This document shows, one piece after another, positions 10,439 through 20,547 of a stretch of DNA of 51,051 nt. The stretch is taken from assembly GCA_035425765.1 (NCBI GenBank), contig DAOLYL010000001.1, forward strand, positions 1 through 51,051, given 5' to 3'. The stretch's first letter is position 1; each line of letters opens with the position of its first letter. Source of the DNA: Flavobacterium sp. (GTDB lineage Bacteria > Bacteroidota > Bacteroidia > Flavobacteriales > Flavobacteriaceae). The position numbers were made by a program, and so were the translations under genes. The notes beneath the pieces are model-generated. The model made no database searches, had not been told where the DNA came from, and saw only the letters and a list, made by a program, of their open reading frames with translations.

Positions 10439-11044
10439 ATGTACAAACATTTTTTTAAACGAGTTATAGATTTTACAGCATCACTAATTGGATTTATTGT
10501 AGTGTTGCCTTTGTTTGTTCTAATAGTATTATTTTTAACAATTGCCAATGATGGAAAGCCTTTTTTCTTCCAAAAACGTCCAGGAAAAAATGGTAAAGTA
10601 TTCAGAATAGTGAAGTTTAAAACTATGAATGACAAAAAAGATAAGGATGGAAAGTTACTTTCTGATGAAGTAAGATTAACTGCAGTAGGGAAGTTTGTTC
10701 GAAAAACTTCATTAGATGAAATTCCTCAGCTTTTAAATGTAATTATTGGAGACATGAGTTTAATTGGACCAAGACCATTACTTACGGACTATTTACATTT
10801 ATATAATGATTTCCAAAATCGTCGACATGAAGTAAAACCCGGAATAACAGGTTGGGCGCAAGTCAATGGTAGAAATGCCATATCATGGGACAAAAAATTT
10901 GAATATGATGTTTGGTATGTGGATAATATTGGTTTTTTACTCGACTGCAAAATAATTTTAAAAACAGTTCAAAAAGTAATCCAAAGCGAAGGAATAAATG
11001 CTCAAGATGGAAATACAATAGAACCATTTAATGGATATAATTAA
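10439..11044 (+). CDS. Small monotopic priming phosphoglycosyltransferase (PglC/EpsL-like)
   Basis: KRVIDF, FQKRPG, KFKTM, RKTSLDEIPQL, GDMSLIGPRP, KPGITGWAQVNGRN. Confidence 0.92.
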   Translation: MYKHFFKRVIDFTASLIGFIVVLPLFVLIVLFLTIANDGKPFFFQKRPGKNGKVFRIVKFKTMNDKKDKDGKLLSDEVRLTAVGKFVRKTSLDEIPQLLNVIIGDMSLIGPRPLLTDYLHLYNDFQNRRHEVKPGITGWAQVNGRNAISWDKKFEYDVWYVDNIGFLLDCKIILKTVQKVIQSEGINAQDGNTIEPFNGYN

Positions 11045-12015
11045 TGAATAATATACTAATAACATCAGCTGGACGTCGTGTTTCTTTGGTCCGATTTTTT
11101 CAAAAAGAATTGAAAAGCGTTTTTGCTGAAGCAAAAGTTTTTACTACAGATGCAAATCCAGATTATGCTTCAGCATGTCGAATTTCGGATGGGTATTTTA
11201 AAATGCAACGCGTCACCGAACCAAATTATATCGACGATTTGCTACAATTAGCGATAAAAAATGATGTTAAAATTATTGTTCCAACCATTGATACTGAGTT
11301 ACTTATTCTTTCTAAAAACATTGAAGTATTTAAGTCAAAGGGAATAGAGGTCGTGATTTCGGATTATGAAATAATGAAAATATTCAGAGACAAGAGATTA
11401 ACACATCAATTTTTTGAAAAATATGGTATTAATTGTGCCAAAGAATATTCTAAAGAAAATTATCAGTTACCTATTTATATCAAACCTTACGACGGAAGTA
11501 GAAGTGTAGATAACTTTATTATTACAACTCAAGAACAATTAACCGATTATCATTTTCAAAATGACAAACTACTATTTCTTGAATACTTGGATCACAAAAA
11601 ACATACAGAGTTCACTATTGATTTATACTATGATAAGAATTCGGATTTAAAATGTTTTGTTCCAAGACAACGAATTGAAGTTCGTGACGGTGAAGTGAAT
11701 AAAGCCGTAACAAAAGACGCATTTTTTATACCAGAAATTTGGAAAAAAATGCAACATATTGACGGTTTTCGAGGTTGTATAACGTTTCAAGTTTTCGTTA
11801 ATTTAGAGACGCAGCAAATATTTGGAATAGAAATAAATCCTCGTTTTGGTGGCGGTTATCCTTTGAGTTATTTAGCAAAAGCTAATTTTCCTAGATGGAT
11901 TATTCAAGAATATATGATGGAAAATCAAGGTGTTGAAGTTTTTAATGATTGGGAAAAAAACTTGATGATGCTTCGATATGATGATGAAATTCTAATACAT
12001 AATTTTAATCACTAA
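11044..12015 (+). CDS. ATP-grasp ligase (carbamoyl-phosphate-synthase-like, PylC-type N-terminus), copy 1
   Basis: NILITSAGRR, IVPTIDTEL, DKRLT, IKPYDGSRS, EFTID, EINPRFGGG. Confidence 0.85.
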   Translation: MNNILITSAGRRVSLVRFFQKELKSVFAEAKVFTTDANPDYASACRISDGYFKMQRVTEPNYIDDLLQLAIKNDVKIIVPTIDTELLILSKNIEVFKSKGIEVVISDYEIMKIFRDKRLTHQFFEKYGINCAKEYSKENYQLPIYIKPYDGSRSVDNFIITTQEQLTDYHFQNDKLLFLEYLDHKKHTEFTIDLYYDKNSDLKCFVPRQRIEVRDGEVNKAVTKDAFFIPEIWKKMQHIDGFRGCITFQVFVNLETQQIFGIEINPRFGGGYPLSYLAKANFPRWIIQEYMMENQGVEVFNDWEKNLMMLRYDDEILIHNFNH

Positions 12016-12645
12016 ATGACTAAAACTGTTGTTTTTGACCTTGATGATACCATCGTTAAAGAAATTGAATACCTCAAATCGGCATTTAATTCGATTGCTG
12101 AATATGTCGATATTAAAAACGAAACTCTTTTCGAACAGATGATGGAATGGTATTTTGATAAACAAAACGTCTTTCAAAATGTTATTAATCAATATCAAAA
12201 CATCGAAATTCAAACATTAAAAAATATTTACAGAAATCATTTTCCAAATTTTAATTCACAATCAGAAGAACGAAATCTTTTAATTGATTTAAAAAATAAA
12301 GGATATAAATTAGGATTAATTACTGACGGATTTTCAATTACACAGCGCAACAAAATCAAAGCTTTAAACATTGAAAATTTATTTGATTTAATTATAATTT
12401 CAGAAGAATTTGGAAGTGAGAAACCAAATAAAAAAAACTATGAAGTTTTTCATCAATTCAAAACAGATGATTACTACTATATTGGTGATAATGTTAAAAA
12501 AGACTTTGTTATTCCAAATGAATTGGGTTGGAAAACAATTTGTATTTTAGATGATGGAAATAATATCCATAAACAAGATTTTAATAAAGAAGTACTATAT
12601 TTACCGCAGATTAGACTTTCTAATCTTTTAGATATCAATCTATAA
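12016..12645 (+). CDS. HAD-family hydrolase, copy 1
   Basis: VFDLDDT (DxD), LITDG, SEKP, YIGDNVKKD. Confidence 0.88.
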   Translation: MTKTVVFDLDDTIVKEIEYLKSAFNSIAEYVDIKNETLFEQMMEWYFDKQNVFQNVINQYQNIEIQTLKNIYRNHFPNFNSQSEERNLLIDLKNKGYKLGLITDGFSITQRNKIKALNIENLFDLIIISEEFGSEKPNKKNYEVFHQFKTDDYYYIGDNVKKDFVIPNELGWKTICILDDGNNIHKQDFNKEVLYLPQIRLSNLLDINL

Positions 12646-12657
12646 TTTAAACACATT

Positions 12658-13455
12658 ATGTTACGAAAAATTGTTCTTAAAATTTTAAAAGCTACTGCAA
12701 AAGATATAACTATCACGCATCACTATACTCATAAAAAATTCATGCTTAATTCCTATAACCACAAAGGTTATTGGTATCATGGAAAAAAACGTGAAGAAGA
12801 AACCGTTGCCATGTTCAAAAAATGGATTTCTAAAGATAATTATGTTTTAGAAATTGGTGGTCACATTGGATATTTTTCAACTTTTTATGCTGATTTGGTT
12901 GGCGATAAAGGTAAAGTTGTCGTTTTTGAGCCGAGCAATGAAAACTTGAAATACCTTACTAAAAATATAGATTTTTTAGATAAAAATTTAAAAAGTATTA
13001 TATCAATTGTTCAAAAAGGCGCAGGAGATATTGTGGGAGAATTAGATTTTTATATTGATCCAATTTCTGGACAAAACAATTCTTTTGTTAAAGATTTTGA
13101 TGGATTTAAAACGAGTAGAGCACATTCAGCTGATACAAATGTAGATGTTGAAATTCAAAAAGTGCCTGTAATTACTTTAGATAGTTTTTATGAAAATGAA
13201 ACTAAGTTACCCGATTTTGTTAAGATAGATGTTGAAGGATTTGAATGGAATGTCATTCAAGGTTTTAAGCAAACTATTGAAAAAGCTAAGCCGAACTTAA
13301 TGATTGAAATTCAGAGTGATGAAGATAAAATAATAAACTATTTCAAAGGAATTGGTTATGTGATTTATAACGATAAATTAGAGAGTATAAATTCTATTGA
13401 AGATTACAAAAGAAAACGTAGTGCAAATATTTTTTTCAAATGGGGACAAAAATAG
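12658..13455 (+). CDS. FkbM-family SAM methyltransferase
   Basis: VLEIGGHIGYFS, VFEPS, ITLDSF, KIDVEGFEWNVIQG. Confidence 0.88.
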   Translation: MLRKIVLKILKATAKDITITHHYTHKKFMLNSYNHKGYWYHGKKREEETVAMFKKWISKDNYVLEIGGHIGYFSTFYADLVGDKGKVVVFEPSNENLKYLTKNIDFLDKNLKSIISIVQKGAGDIVGELDFYIDPISGQNNSFVKDFDGFKTSRAHSADTNVDVEIQKVPVITLDSFYENETKLPDFVKIDVEGFEWNVIQGFKQTIEKAKPNLMIEIQSDEDKIINYFKGIGYVIYNDKLESINSIEDYKRKRSANIFFKWGQK

Positions 13456-14594
13456 AAGATATTTTGAAAACTAAAATCTGGCTTTCTTCACCACATATGG
13501 GTGGAAATGAACAAAATTATGTTAAAGAAGCATTTGATACCAATTGGGTTGCACCACTCGGCCCAAATGTTACAGGTTTTGAACAGGATTTAGAAAAATT
13601 TCTCAATGAAGATGTACATATTGCTGCATTAAGTTCAGGAACAGCAGCGTTACATTTAGGATTAATATTATTAGGAGTGAAGGCTGGTGATGAAGTAATT
13701 TGTCAAAGTTTTACCTTTTCGGCATCCGCCAATCCAATTTTATATCTTGGCGCAACACCAATTTTTATCGATAGTGAAATAGAAACCTGGAATATGTGCC
13801 CAATTGCGCTTGAAGATGCAATTAAAGATAGAATTTCAAAAGGAAAAACACCAAAAGCAATTATTCCAGTTCATTTATATGGAATGCCATATAAAGCTGA
13901 TGAAATAAGATCAATCGCAAATAAATATAATATTCCAATTCTCGAAGATAGCGCAGAAGCTTTGGGAAGTCATTATAAAGGAAAAATGTGTGGAACATTT
14001 GGAGATATTGCAGCTTTATCATTTAATGGAAATAAAATTATTACAACTTCTGGTGGTGGAGCTTTGGTTTCTCATTCAAAAGAAATAAAAGAAAAAGCTG
14101 TTTTTCTAGCAACACAAGCAAGAGATAATGCACCACATTACCAACATTCAGAAATTGGATATAACTATAGATTGAGCAATATTTCAGCAGGAATTGGAAG
14201 AGGACAAATGGAAGTGCTTCAAAAACACATCAATTTGAGAAGAGAAATGCACGACTTTTATGTTTCTATTTTTAAAAATAATGATGCAATAATAGTGTTT
14301 GAAGAACCAAATTCGGACTATTTTTCTAATCATTGGTTATCATGTGTCACTATAAATTCTGATAAATTAGGAAAGTCAAGAGAAGAGGTTCGACTTGAGC
14401 TTGAAAAAGAAAACATAGAATCAAGACCACTTTGGAAACCAATGCATTTGCAACCAATATTTAAAGATTATCCATATTATGGTGGAAAAATTTCCGAGAC
14501 ATTGTTTGAAACTGGTCTTTGTTTGCCTTCAGGTTCAAATTTGAAAAACGATGATAAGAATAGAATTAAAGAAGTTTTTGATAGATTTTTTTAA
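13440..14594 (+). CDS. DegT/DnrJ/EryC1/StrS PLP aminotransferase (PglE/EpsN-like); true start may be the TTG at 13464
   Basis: IWLSSPHMGG, SSGTAALHL, EDSAEALG, SFNGNKIITTSGGG, GYNYRLSN, RPLWKPMH, CLPSGS. Confidence 0.9.
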   Translation: MGTKIEDILKTKIWLSSPHMGGNEQNYVKEAFDTNWVAPLGPNVTGFEQDLEKFLNEDVHIAALSSGTAALHLGLILLGVKAGDEVICQSFTFSASANPILYLGATPIFIDSEIETWNMCPIALEDAIKDRISKGKTPKAIIPVHLYGMPYKADEIRSIANKYNIPILEDSAEALGSHYKGKMCGTFGDIAALSFNGNKIITTSGGGALVSHSKEIKEKAVFLATQARDNAPHYQHSEIGYNYRLSNISAGIGRGQMEVLQKHINLRREMHDFYVSIFKNNDAIIVFEEPNSDYFSNHWLSCVTINSDKLGKSREEVRLELEKENIESRPLWKPMHLQPIFKDYPYYGGKISETLFETGLCLPSGSNLKNDDKNRIKEVFDRFF

Positions 14595-14633
14595 TATTTA
14601 TATTTAAAAATGTCTTTAATGTTAATTTTATCT

Positions 14634-14641
14634 TAAATTTG
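14634..14641 (+). promoter_or_regulatory. Candidate -7 promoter element
   Basis: TAAATTTG in the intergenic gap, 18 nt before the ATG at 14660. Confidence 0.5.
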
Positions 14642-14659
14642 TTAGTCGAATAGTTTTAT

Positions 14660-16606
14660 ATGGGTAACTCTACTTTTTCAGAAATAAAAAATAATATTCT
14701 CAGCAAGCGCTTTAGCAATATAGGTTATTTACCAAGGTGGATAATATTTGCTATTGATGTATTTATTGTAATAACAGCAATTATAGTTACTTATGTTATT
14801 CTAGATAGTTTATCGGTTGTTTATACTAGTCAACTTGAAAGACCATTTCGGGCAGGAATAATTATTTTTGTTAATGCCATGTTTTTTCTTTTTTACAGAA
14901 CCTACTCTGGGATTATTAGACACTCAACTTTTATCGACGGAGTTAAGTTATTAGTTGCTACAACATCTTCTTATTTATTTCTGTTAACGGTAAACTATTC
15001 TCTAATTTTCTTTTTCAAAATAAAGATTTTTTTATCGACAAGTTTATTTATCACCTACGTAATTTCATTTTTACTATTGTTCTTGTTCAGAATTTTAGTT
15101 AAAAATTTTTTCGAAAAATACCTTCAATCTGATGATAAGATAAAGCTTGTGAAAGCTGTGATTTATGGGGCTGATGCAAATGCCATTTCCGTTGCAAATG
15201 CACTGAGAACTGAGAAGCCATCACGTTTTAAGTTGGTTGCTTTTATTGATAAATTCAAAAAAGTAAAAACTTCAAAAAGTATTTTAAATCTGCCGATAAT
15301 TAATCAATCAAAAAAAGTACATGTAATATTGAGAAGTCTTGGAGCAGAAGCACTTATTATTGCAGAAAAAAGCTTGTCAAAAGAAGAAACAATTGCCATT
15401 GTTGAAGAATGTTTAGAATATAATTTTAAAGTATTTACAGTACCACTAATTACAGATTGGGAAGACCAAAAGCAAATTTCAAATCAATTAAAAAACTTTG
15501 CAATTGAAGACTTACTAGAAAGAAAACCAATATTATTAGACAATCATGGTATTTCTTCTCAAATAAAAGGGAAGACAGTTTTAATTACTGGTGGAGCAGG
15601 TTCAATCGGAAGTGAGATTGTTAGACAGGTAATAAACTTTGAACCTCACAAAATTGTCATTCTTGATCAAGCCGAATCACCTTTACATAATCTAAAATTA
15701 GAAATTTCTGAATTTGCTGATAAAATAAAAATTAGAACGGTACTAGCTGATGTAAAAGATTTTGTTGCTGTTGAAAACGTCTTTAAAAAATTTAAACCAG
15801 ACTTTGTATATCATGCTGCTGCATATAAGCACGTTCCATTGATGGAAGAAAATCCATCACAAGCTGTTTTTACTAATGTTATAGGAACGAAAAATTTAGC
15901 CGATTTATCAAGCAAGTATTTAGTAGAAAAGTTTGTTTTAATTTCTACTGATAAAGCTGTGAATCCTAGTAGCGTTATGGGTGCAAGTAAACGAATTGCA
16001 GAAAAGTATGTACAATCATTGAATTTTTATTTAGCAAATTCTAAAAGAGAAAATAAAACAAAATTCATCACTACAAGATTTGGAAATGTACTAGGATCAA
16101 ATGGTTCAATTGTTCCATTATTTACAAAACAAATCCAAGAAGGTGGACCACTTACAATAACACATCCTGAAATTATTAGATATTTCATGACAATTCCAGA
16201 AGCATGTCAGTTAGTGTTAGAAGCTGGTGCAATGGGACAAGGCGGAGAAATTTATATTTTTGATATGGGTAAACCAGTAAAAATAATTGACTTAGCAAAT
16301 AAAATGATTCGTCTAGCAGGTTTCATTCCGGATAAAGAAATTAAAATTAAAATAATTGGATTAAGGCCAGGTGAAAAACTATATGAAGAATTATTGAATG
16401 ATACTTCAAAAACGCTGACAACCCACAATGAAAAAATACTGATTGGACAAGACATTTTTGACAAATTTGAAGAGGTAGATATTTTGGTAAATGAACTAAT
16501 TGCCACTTCGAAAAAAGCATCAAATGATGAAATAGTTGGTTTGATGAAAAAAATTGTCCCAGAATTCAAAAGTATGAATTCAATTTTTGAAACTCTTGAT
16601 GCATAA
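14660..16606 (+). CDS. Membrane-bound UDP-GlcNAc 4,6-dehydratase (PglF/CapD/WbpM-like)
   Basis: Four N-terminal TM segments, ITGGAGSIGSE, HAAAYKHVPLME, STDKAVNP, MGASKR, RFGNVLGSNGS, RPGEKLYEEL. Confidence 0.93.
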   Translation: MGNSTFSEIKNNILSKRFSNIGYLPRWIIFAIDVFIVITAIIVTYVILDSLSVVYTSQLERPFRAGIIIFVNAMFFLFYRTYSGIIRHSTFIDGVKLLVATTSSYLFLLTVNYSLIFFFKIKIFLSTSLFITYVISFLLLFLFRILVKNFFEKYLQSDDKIKLVKAVIYGADANAISVANALRTEKPSRFKLVAFIDKFKKVKTSKSILNLPIINQSKKVHVILRSLGAEALIIAEKSLSKEETIAIVEECLEYNFKVFTVPLITDWEDQKQISNQLKNFAIEDLLERKPILLDNHGISSQIKGKTVLITGGAGSIGSEIVRQVINFEPHKIVILDQAESPLHNLKLEISEFADKIKIRTVLADVKDFVAVENVFKKFKPDFVYHAAAYKHVPLMEENPSQAVFTNVIGTKNLADLSSKYLVEKFVLISTDKAVNPSSVMGASKRIAEKYVQSLNFYLANSKRENKTKFITTRFGNVLGSNGSIVPLFTKQIQEGGPLTITHPEIIRYFMTIPEACQLVLEAGAMGQGGEIYIFDMGKPVKIIDLANKMIRLAGFIPDKEIKIKIIGLRPGEKLYEELLNDTSKTLTTHNEKILIGQDIFDKFEEVDILVNELIATSKKASNDEIVGLMKKIVPEFKSMNSIFETLDA

Positions 16607-16632
16607 TTCAACTTTACCATATGATAAATCGT

Positions 16633-16640
16633 TAACTTTG
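16633..16640 (+). promoter_or_regulatory. Candidate -7 promoter element for wza-wzc
   Basis: TAACTTTG, 20 nt before the ATG at 16661. Confidence 0.55.
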
Positions 16641-16660
16641 CATTCTTTATAAATTTTAAT

Positions 16661-17419
16661 ATGAAATTCTCCAATGTACTAGCAACATTATTAAGTGTTT
16701 GCCTTTTTTTATCATGTGCTTCTAGAAAAGACATTGCTTATTTACAAGATGTGGATAACCAAACTCTGGCTAGTATTAGTTATGAACCAGTAATTAAATC
16801 AGATGATTTGTTGAGCGTAATAGTTGCTGCATCACAACCTGATCTAACTATACCATTCAATTTACCTCAAGTTCAAGGAAATTATCAAGATGGTGATAAT
16901 CAGGCTGGTATAAAAACATATTTAGTTGATAGTGAAGGAAATATTGATTTCCCTGTAATTGGGAAAGTAAAGTTAGCTGGGTTAACTAGAACTCAAGCAA
17001 AAAATTTGTTAGAAGAAAAAATTAAAGAATACATAATTAATCCTTCTGTTAATTTAAGAATGTTAAACTATAAAATATCGGTTTTGGGAGAAGTTAACAA
17101 ACCAAATACATATAAAATAGTTAGTGAACGCATTACAATATTAGAAGCACTAAGTTTAGCAGGTGATTTGACAATTTATGGGAAAAGAGATAACATATTG
17201 GTTATAAGAGAAATTGATGGTAAAAAAACCTTCAATAGATTGAATTTAACTAATAAAGATTTTGTCTCCTCACCATTTTATTACCTAAATCAAAATGATG
17301 TAGTTTTAGTTGAACCTAATAAAACAAAAATGAATTCATCAGTTATTGGGCCAAATATTTCTGTTACAATATCTGCACTATCATTAATTACCACAATTGC
17401 AATTATTCTATTTAGATAA
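16661..17419 (+). CDS. wza: Polysaccharide export outer-membrane lipoprotein (OPX/Wza family)
   Basis: Lipobox LFLSC; YLVDSEGNIDFPVIGKVKLAGLT (Poly_export); SLBB-like LEALSLAGDLT; sits upstream of wzc. Confidence 0.88.
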   Translation: MKFSNVLATLLSVCLFLSCASRKDIAYLQDVDNQTLASISYEPVIKSDDLLSVIVAASQPDLTIPFNLPQVQGNYQDGDNQAGIKTYLVDSEGNIDFPVIGKVKLAGLTRTQAKNLLEEKIKEYIINPSVNLRMLNYKISVLGEVNKPNTYKIVSERITILEALSLAGDLTIYGKRDNILVIREIDGKKTFNRLNLTNKDFVSSPFYYLNQNDVVLVEPNKTKMNSSVIGPNISVTISALSLITTIAIILFR

Positions 17420-17424
17420 AAATT

Positions 17425-19827
17425 ATGCAAGAACACCAATCTTTTAACAATAAAACAAACGATGAAAGTTTAAATATCAGAGAACAATTTGATAAGTATT
17501 TTATTCATTGGAAATGGTTTTTATTATCAATAATTATTTGTTTTATAGTAGCACTTTTATATTTAAGATATACTGTTCCACAATATAGTGCATCGGCAAC
17601 AATATTAGTGAAAGATGAAAGAAAAGGTGGGATTCAGTCAGAGTTAAGTGCGTTTTCTGAATTAGGTTTTGTTAAAAATGTAAAAAACAATGTTGATAAC
17701 GAAATCGAGATAATAAAATCTAGAAACATCATCAACCAAGCAGTTAAAAGCTTAAACTTAAACGTTGAATATTTTGCAGAAGGACGAGTTAAATCTGTTG
17801 AGTTGTATGATGAAAGTCCAATAGAAGTTAGATTCTTTGAACCAAATGATAGCTTTTATAACAAAAATTTTAGCTATGAAGTTATATACTTAAGTGCAAA
17901 TCATTTTGAACTAAAAAAATATCAAGGAAAGTCATTAGGTAAATTTAATTTTGGCTCAATAGTTAATTTACCTGAGGCCAAACTCGTTGTAACAAAGAAA
18001 CCTTTTATTACTAAATACATAACAAAAGAAGACTATAAAATAATAGTTAAAGTTAATAAATTAGCTAATGTTGTTCAAAAGTATAGAAGTAAAATAAATA
18101 TCACACCTTTGAGTAAAAACTCCAGTGTTGTTGAACTATCAATGAATGATCCAGTTGCTGATAAAGCAGAAGATTTATTAGATGCAGTTATTGAAAACTA
18201 TAACAAAGATGCAATTGAAGATAAAAAATATGTTTCGTTAAACACACAAAAGTTTATAAACGACAGGTTAAAATATATCACAGAAGAACTCGGTGATGTT
18301 GAAAAACAAGGAGAAAATTTTAAAACAAATAACAGGATTACAGAGATAACTGCTGATGCTGAATTGTACATTCAAAATTCTGCACTTTTCGAAAAATCAC
18401 TTATAGAAACCGAAACTCAAATTAGGATAATACAATCCATGATTGCCTATTTGAATAGTTCACCAACTGACGAAATTATACCTAGCAATATTATACCACA
18501 AGATAATAACGCTTCGATAATGATAAATGATTTTAACGAGGTTGTTATAAAAAGAAATAGAGTTTTAGGTAGTGGAACTCCAAAAAATCAGAGAGTTATT
18601 GATTTAAATGCAGAGATTGATGAAAAAAGAAGGAACATTAAAGAAAGTTTAGCACGACTTTTAGAAACCTATAAAATCAAAAGAGAAGATTTACAAAAGC
18701 AAGATAAATCGTTAAATAATAAAATTTCTAAAATACCGAATCAATCTAGAGAACTTACAAGTATTGGAAGACAACAACAGATAAAAGAATCGTTATATCT
18801 CTATCTTTTGCAAAAAAGGGAAGAAATTGGAATTTCTTTGGCAGTTGCCGCGCCAAATGCTAAACTTATCGACTCTGCATTAGCTACAAGCTCTCCAGTT
18901 TCACCAAATAGAAATTTTGTTTTATTAGGAGCAATTATCGCCGGATTATTGATTCCATTTTTGATTTTGTTCGTATTAGATTTATTAGATACAAAAATCA
19001 AAAATAGACAAGACATTGAATCTAAAACAAATATTCCATTCCTTGGTGATATACCAAAATCAGAAACACAAGATGAATTAATAAATGCGAGTAGTCGTTC
19101 AAGTTCGGCAGAAGCCATACGAATAGTTAGAACAAATTTAGAGTTTATGCTAAATAATGTTCCGGCTGATAAAGCCAAAACAATATTTGTAACATCAACT
19201 TTACCTAAAGAAGGAAAAACATTTGTAGCGCTAAATCTTGCTAGTACAATTGCACTTTCAAATAAAAAAGTATTACTAATAGGTTTGGATATCAGAAATC
19301 CTAAAATTGATAAATACGTTAATATTCCATCAAAAGGATTGACCAATTATTTAGCAAAAGCGAATCAAGATGTAAAAGATTTTATTGTAAAAATTGATAA
19401 TTTCGATAATTTCTACATTCTGCCATCTGGAGTTATTCCGCCAAATCCTGTTGATTTACTAATGAGTGATAAAATTGGTGAGTTATTTGAAAAATTTAAA
19501 AGCGAATACGATTATATAATTGTTGATACAGCACCAGTTAGCTTAGTAACAGATACTTTGTTAGTAGCAAAATACGCTGACTTGTTTATCTACGTTATGA
19601 GAGCTAATTATCTAGATAAACGATTAATAAAAGTAGCCGACAGTTTCTACCAAGAGAAAAAATTACCAAATATGGCAGTTCTGTTAAACGATACTGTTTG
19701 GAGAAAAACTTATGGTTATGGCTATGGTTATGCCTACGGTTACGGTTACGGCTATGGTTATGGCTACGGAAACGATGAAGAAAAAACTAAAAAAACTTGG
19801 AAAGATAAACTAAGGAAGAAAAAATAA
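17425..19827 (+). CDS. wzc: Polysaccharide co-polymerase / BY-kinase
   Basis: Two TM segments flanking a coiled coil; AEAIRIVRTNL; Walker A STLPKEGKT; DIRNP; Walker B IIVDTAP; Tyr-rich C-terminal tail. Confidence 0.93.
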   Translation: MQEHQSFNNKTNDESLNIREQFDKYFIHWKWFLLSIIICFIVALLYLRYTVPQYSASATILVKDERKGGIQSELSAFSELGFVKNVKNNVDNEIEIIKSRNIINQAVKSLNLNVEYFAEGRVKSVELYDESPIEVRFFEPNDSFYNKNFSYEVIYLSANHFELKKYQGKSLGKFNFGSIVNLPEAKLVVTKKPFITKYITKEDYKIIVKVNKLANVVQKYRSKINITPLSKNSSVVELSMNDPVADKAEDLLDAVIENYNKDAIEDKKYVSLNTQKFINDRLKYITEELGDVEKQGENFKTNNRITEITADAELYIQNSALFEKSLIETETQIRIIQSMIAYLNSSPTDEIIPSNIIPQDNNASIMINDFNEVVIKRNRVLGSGTPKNQRVIDLNAEIDEKRRNIKESLARLLETYKIKREDLQKQDKSLNNKISKIPNQSRELTSIGRQQQIKESLYLYLLQKREEIGISLAVAAPNAKLIDSALATSSPVSPNRNFVLLGAIIAGLLIPFLILFVLDLLDTKIKNRQDIESKTNIPFLGDIPKSETQDELINASSRSSSAEAIRIVRTNLEFMLNNVPADKAKTIFVTSTLPKEGKTFVALNLASTIALSNKKVLLIGLDIRNPKIDKYVNIPSKGLTNYLAKANQDVKDFIVKIDNFDNFYILPSGVIPPNPVDLLMSDKIGELFEKFKSEYDYIIVDTAPVSLVTDTLLVAKYADLFIYVMRANYLDKRLIKVADSFYQEKKLPNMAVLLNDTVWRKTYGYGYGYAYGYGYGYGYGYGNDEEKTKKTWKDKLRKKK
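19711..19770 (+). repeat. Ten imperfect tandem hexamers (TAYGGN) encoding the Wzc tyrosine cluster
   Basis: tatggt tatggc tatggt tatgcc tacggt tacggt tacggc tatggt tatggc tacgga = YGYGYGYAYGYGYGYGYGYG. Confidence 0.9.
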
Positions 19828-20547
19828 ATTTTTATCCATAGCAACTTTTAATGCATCAGTGTTTTTAATCGAAACTTTTTTATAAAAAGATTGAATGTGA
19901 TTAGCATGATGAACATCACTACCAACAAAATCTATCATTCCTTTTTGTAAAAGCTTGTCAGCAACTGAAGAGATGTTTTTTCCATAATAATCTACAGTTG
20001 ACAACAAGTTGAGTTGAAATAAACATCCTGTTTTTTTTAGTTTTTCATACTCAGAAAAATTATGATGATAGAAAGTATAACGTTCAGGATGAGCTAAAAC
20101 AGGAGTATATCCTGCAAGTTGAATTTCAAAAATTATATCATACAATTGAATTGGCGGATTTAGATATGACATTTCAATTAAAACGTAGTTGTCTTTCAAA
20201 GTCAATAGCTTTTCCGTTTCTAATCTTTTCATAAAAAAAGAATCAATCATATATTCTGCGGCAACATTAAATGACGAAAACAACCCTTCTTTTTCAAGCT
20301 CAGCATTTATAGAATTATAATGATTTTCAATACTAGTTTCATTATTCTTCCATACATTAGTGATAATATGTGGCGTTGTAATAAAATGATTATAACCAAA
20401 ACTTTTTAATTCTAAGATTAAATTTCGAGTATCATCAATTGTCTTTGCACCATCATCAATTCCTGGAAGCAAATGAGAATGAATGTCAACAAAATTATTT
20501 GGAATTAAATCCTTTAAAACGGGTTTTTGTTTAAAAAATGAAAGCAA
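19810..20547 (-). CDS. PHP-family tyrosine-protein phosphatase (CpsB/CapC type)
   Basis: DIHSHLLPGIDDG, TTPH, AAEY, LAHPERY, GSDVH; convergent with wzc. Confidence 0.9.
   Translation of the reverse strand: MLSFFKQKPVLKDLIPNNFVDIHSHLLPGIDDGAKTIDDTRNLILELKSFGYNHFITTPHIITNVWKNNETSIENHYNSINAELEKEGLFSSFNVAAEYMIDSFFMKRLETEKLLTLKDNYVLIEMSYLNPPIQLYDIIFEIQLAGYTPVLAHPERYTFYHHNFSEYEKLKKTGCLFQLNLLSTVDYYGKNISSVADKLLQKGMIDFVGSDVHHANHIQSFYKKVSIKNTDALKVAMDKNLFFLP

Noticed and set aside
11044-12015. Annotation as carbamoyl-phosphate synthase large subunit (carB)
   Set aside because: It is a single 323-aa ATP-grasp unit with no carA nearby and sits in a glycan-locus context; the same applies to 23714-24691.
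19711-19770. Tandem repeat as a CRISPR or non-coding repeat
   Set aside because: It is in-frame coding sequence for the Wzc tyrosine cluster and has no spacers.
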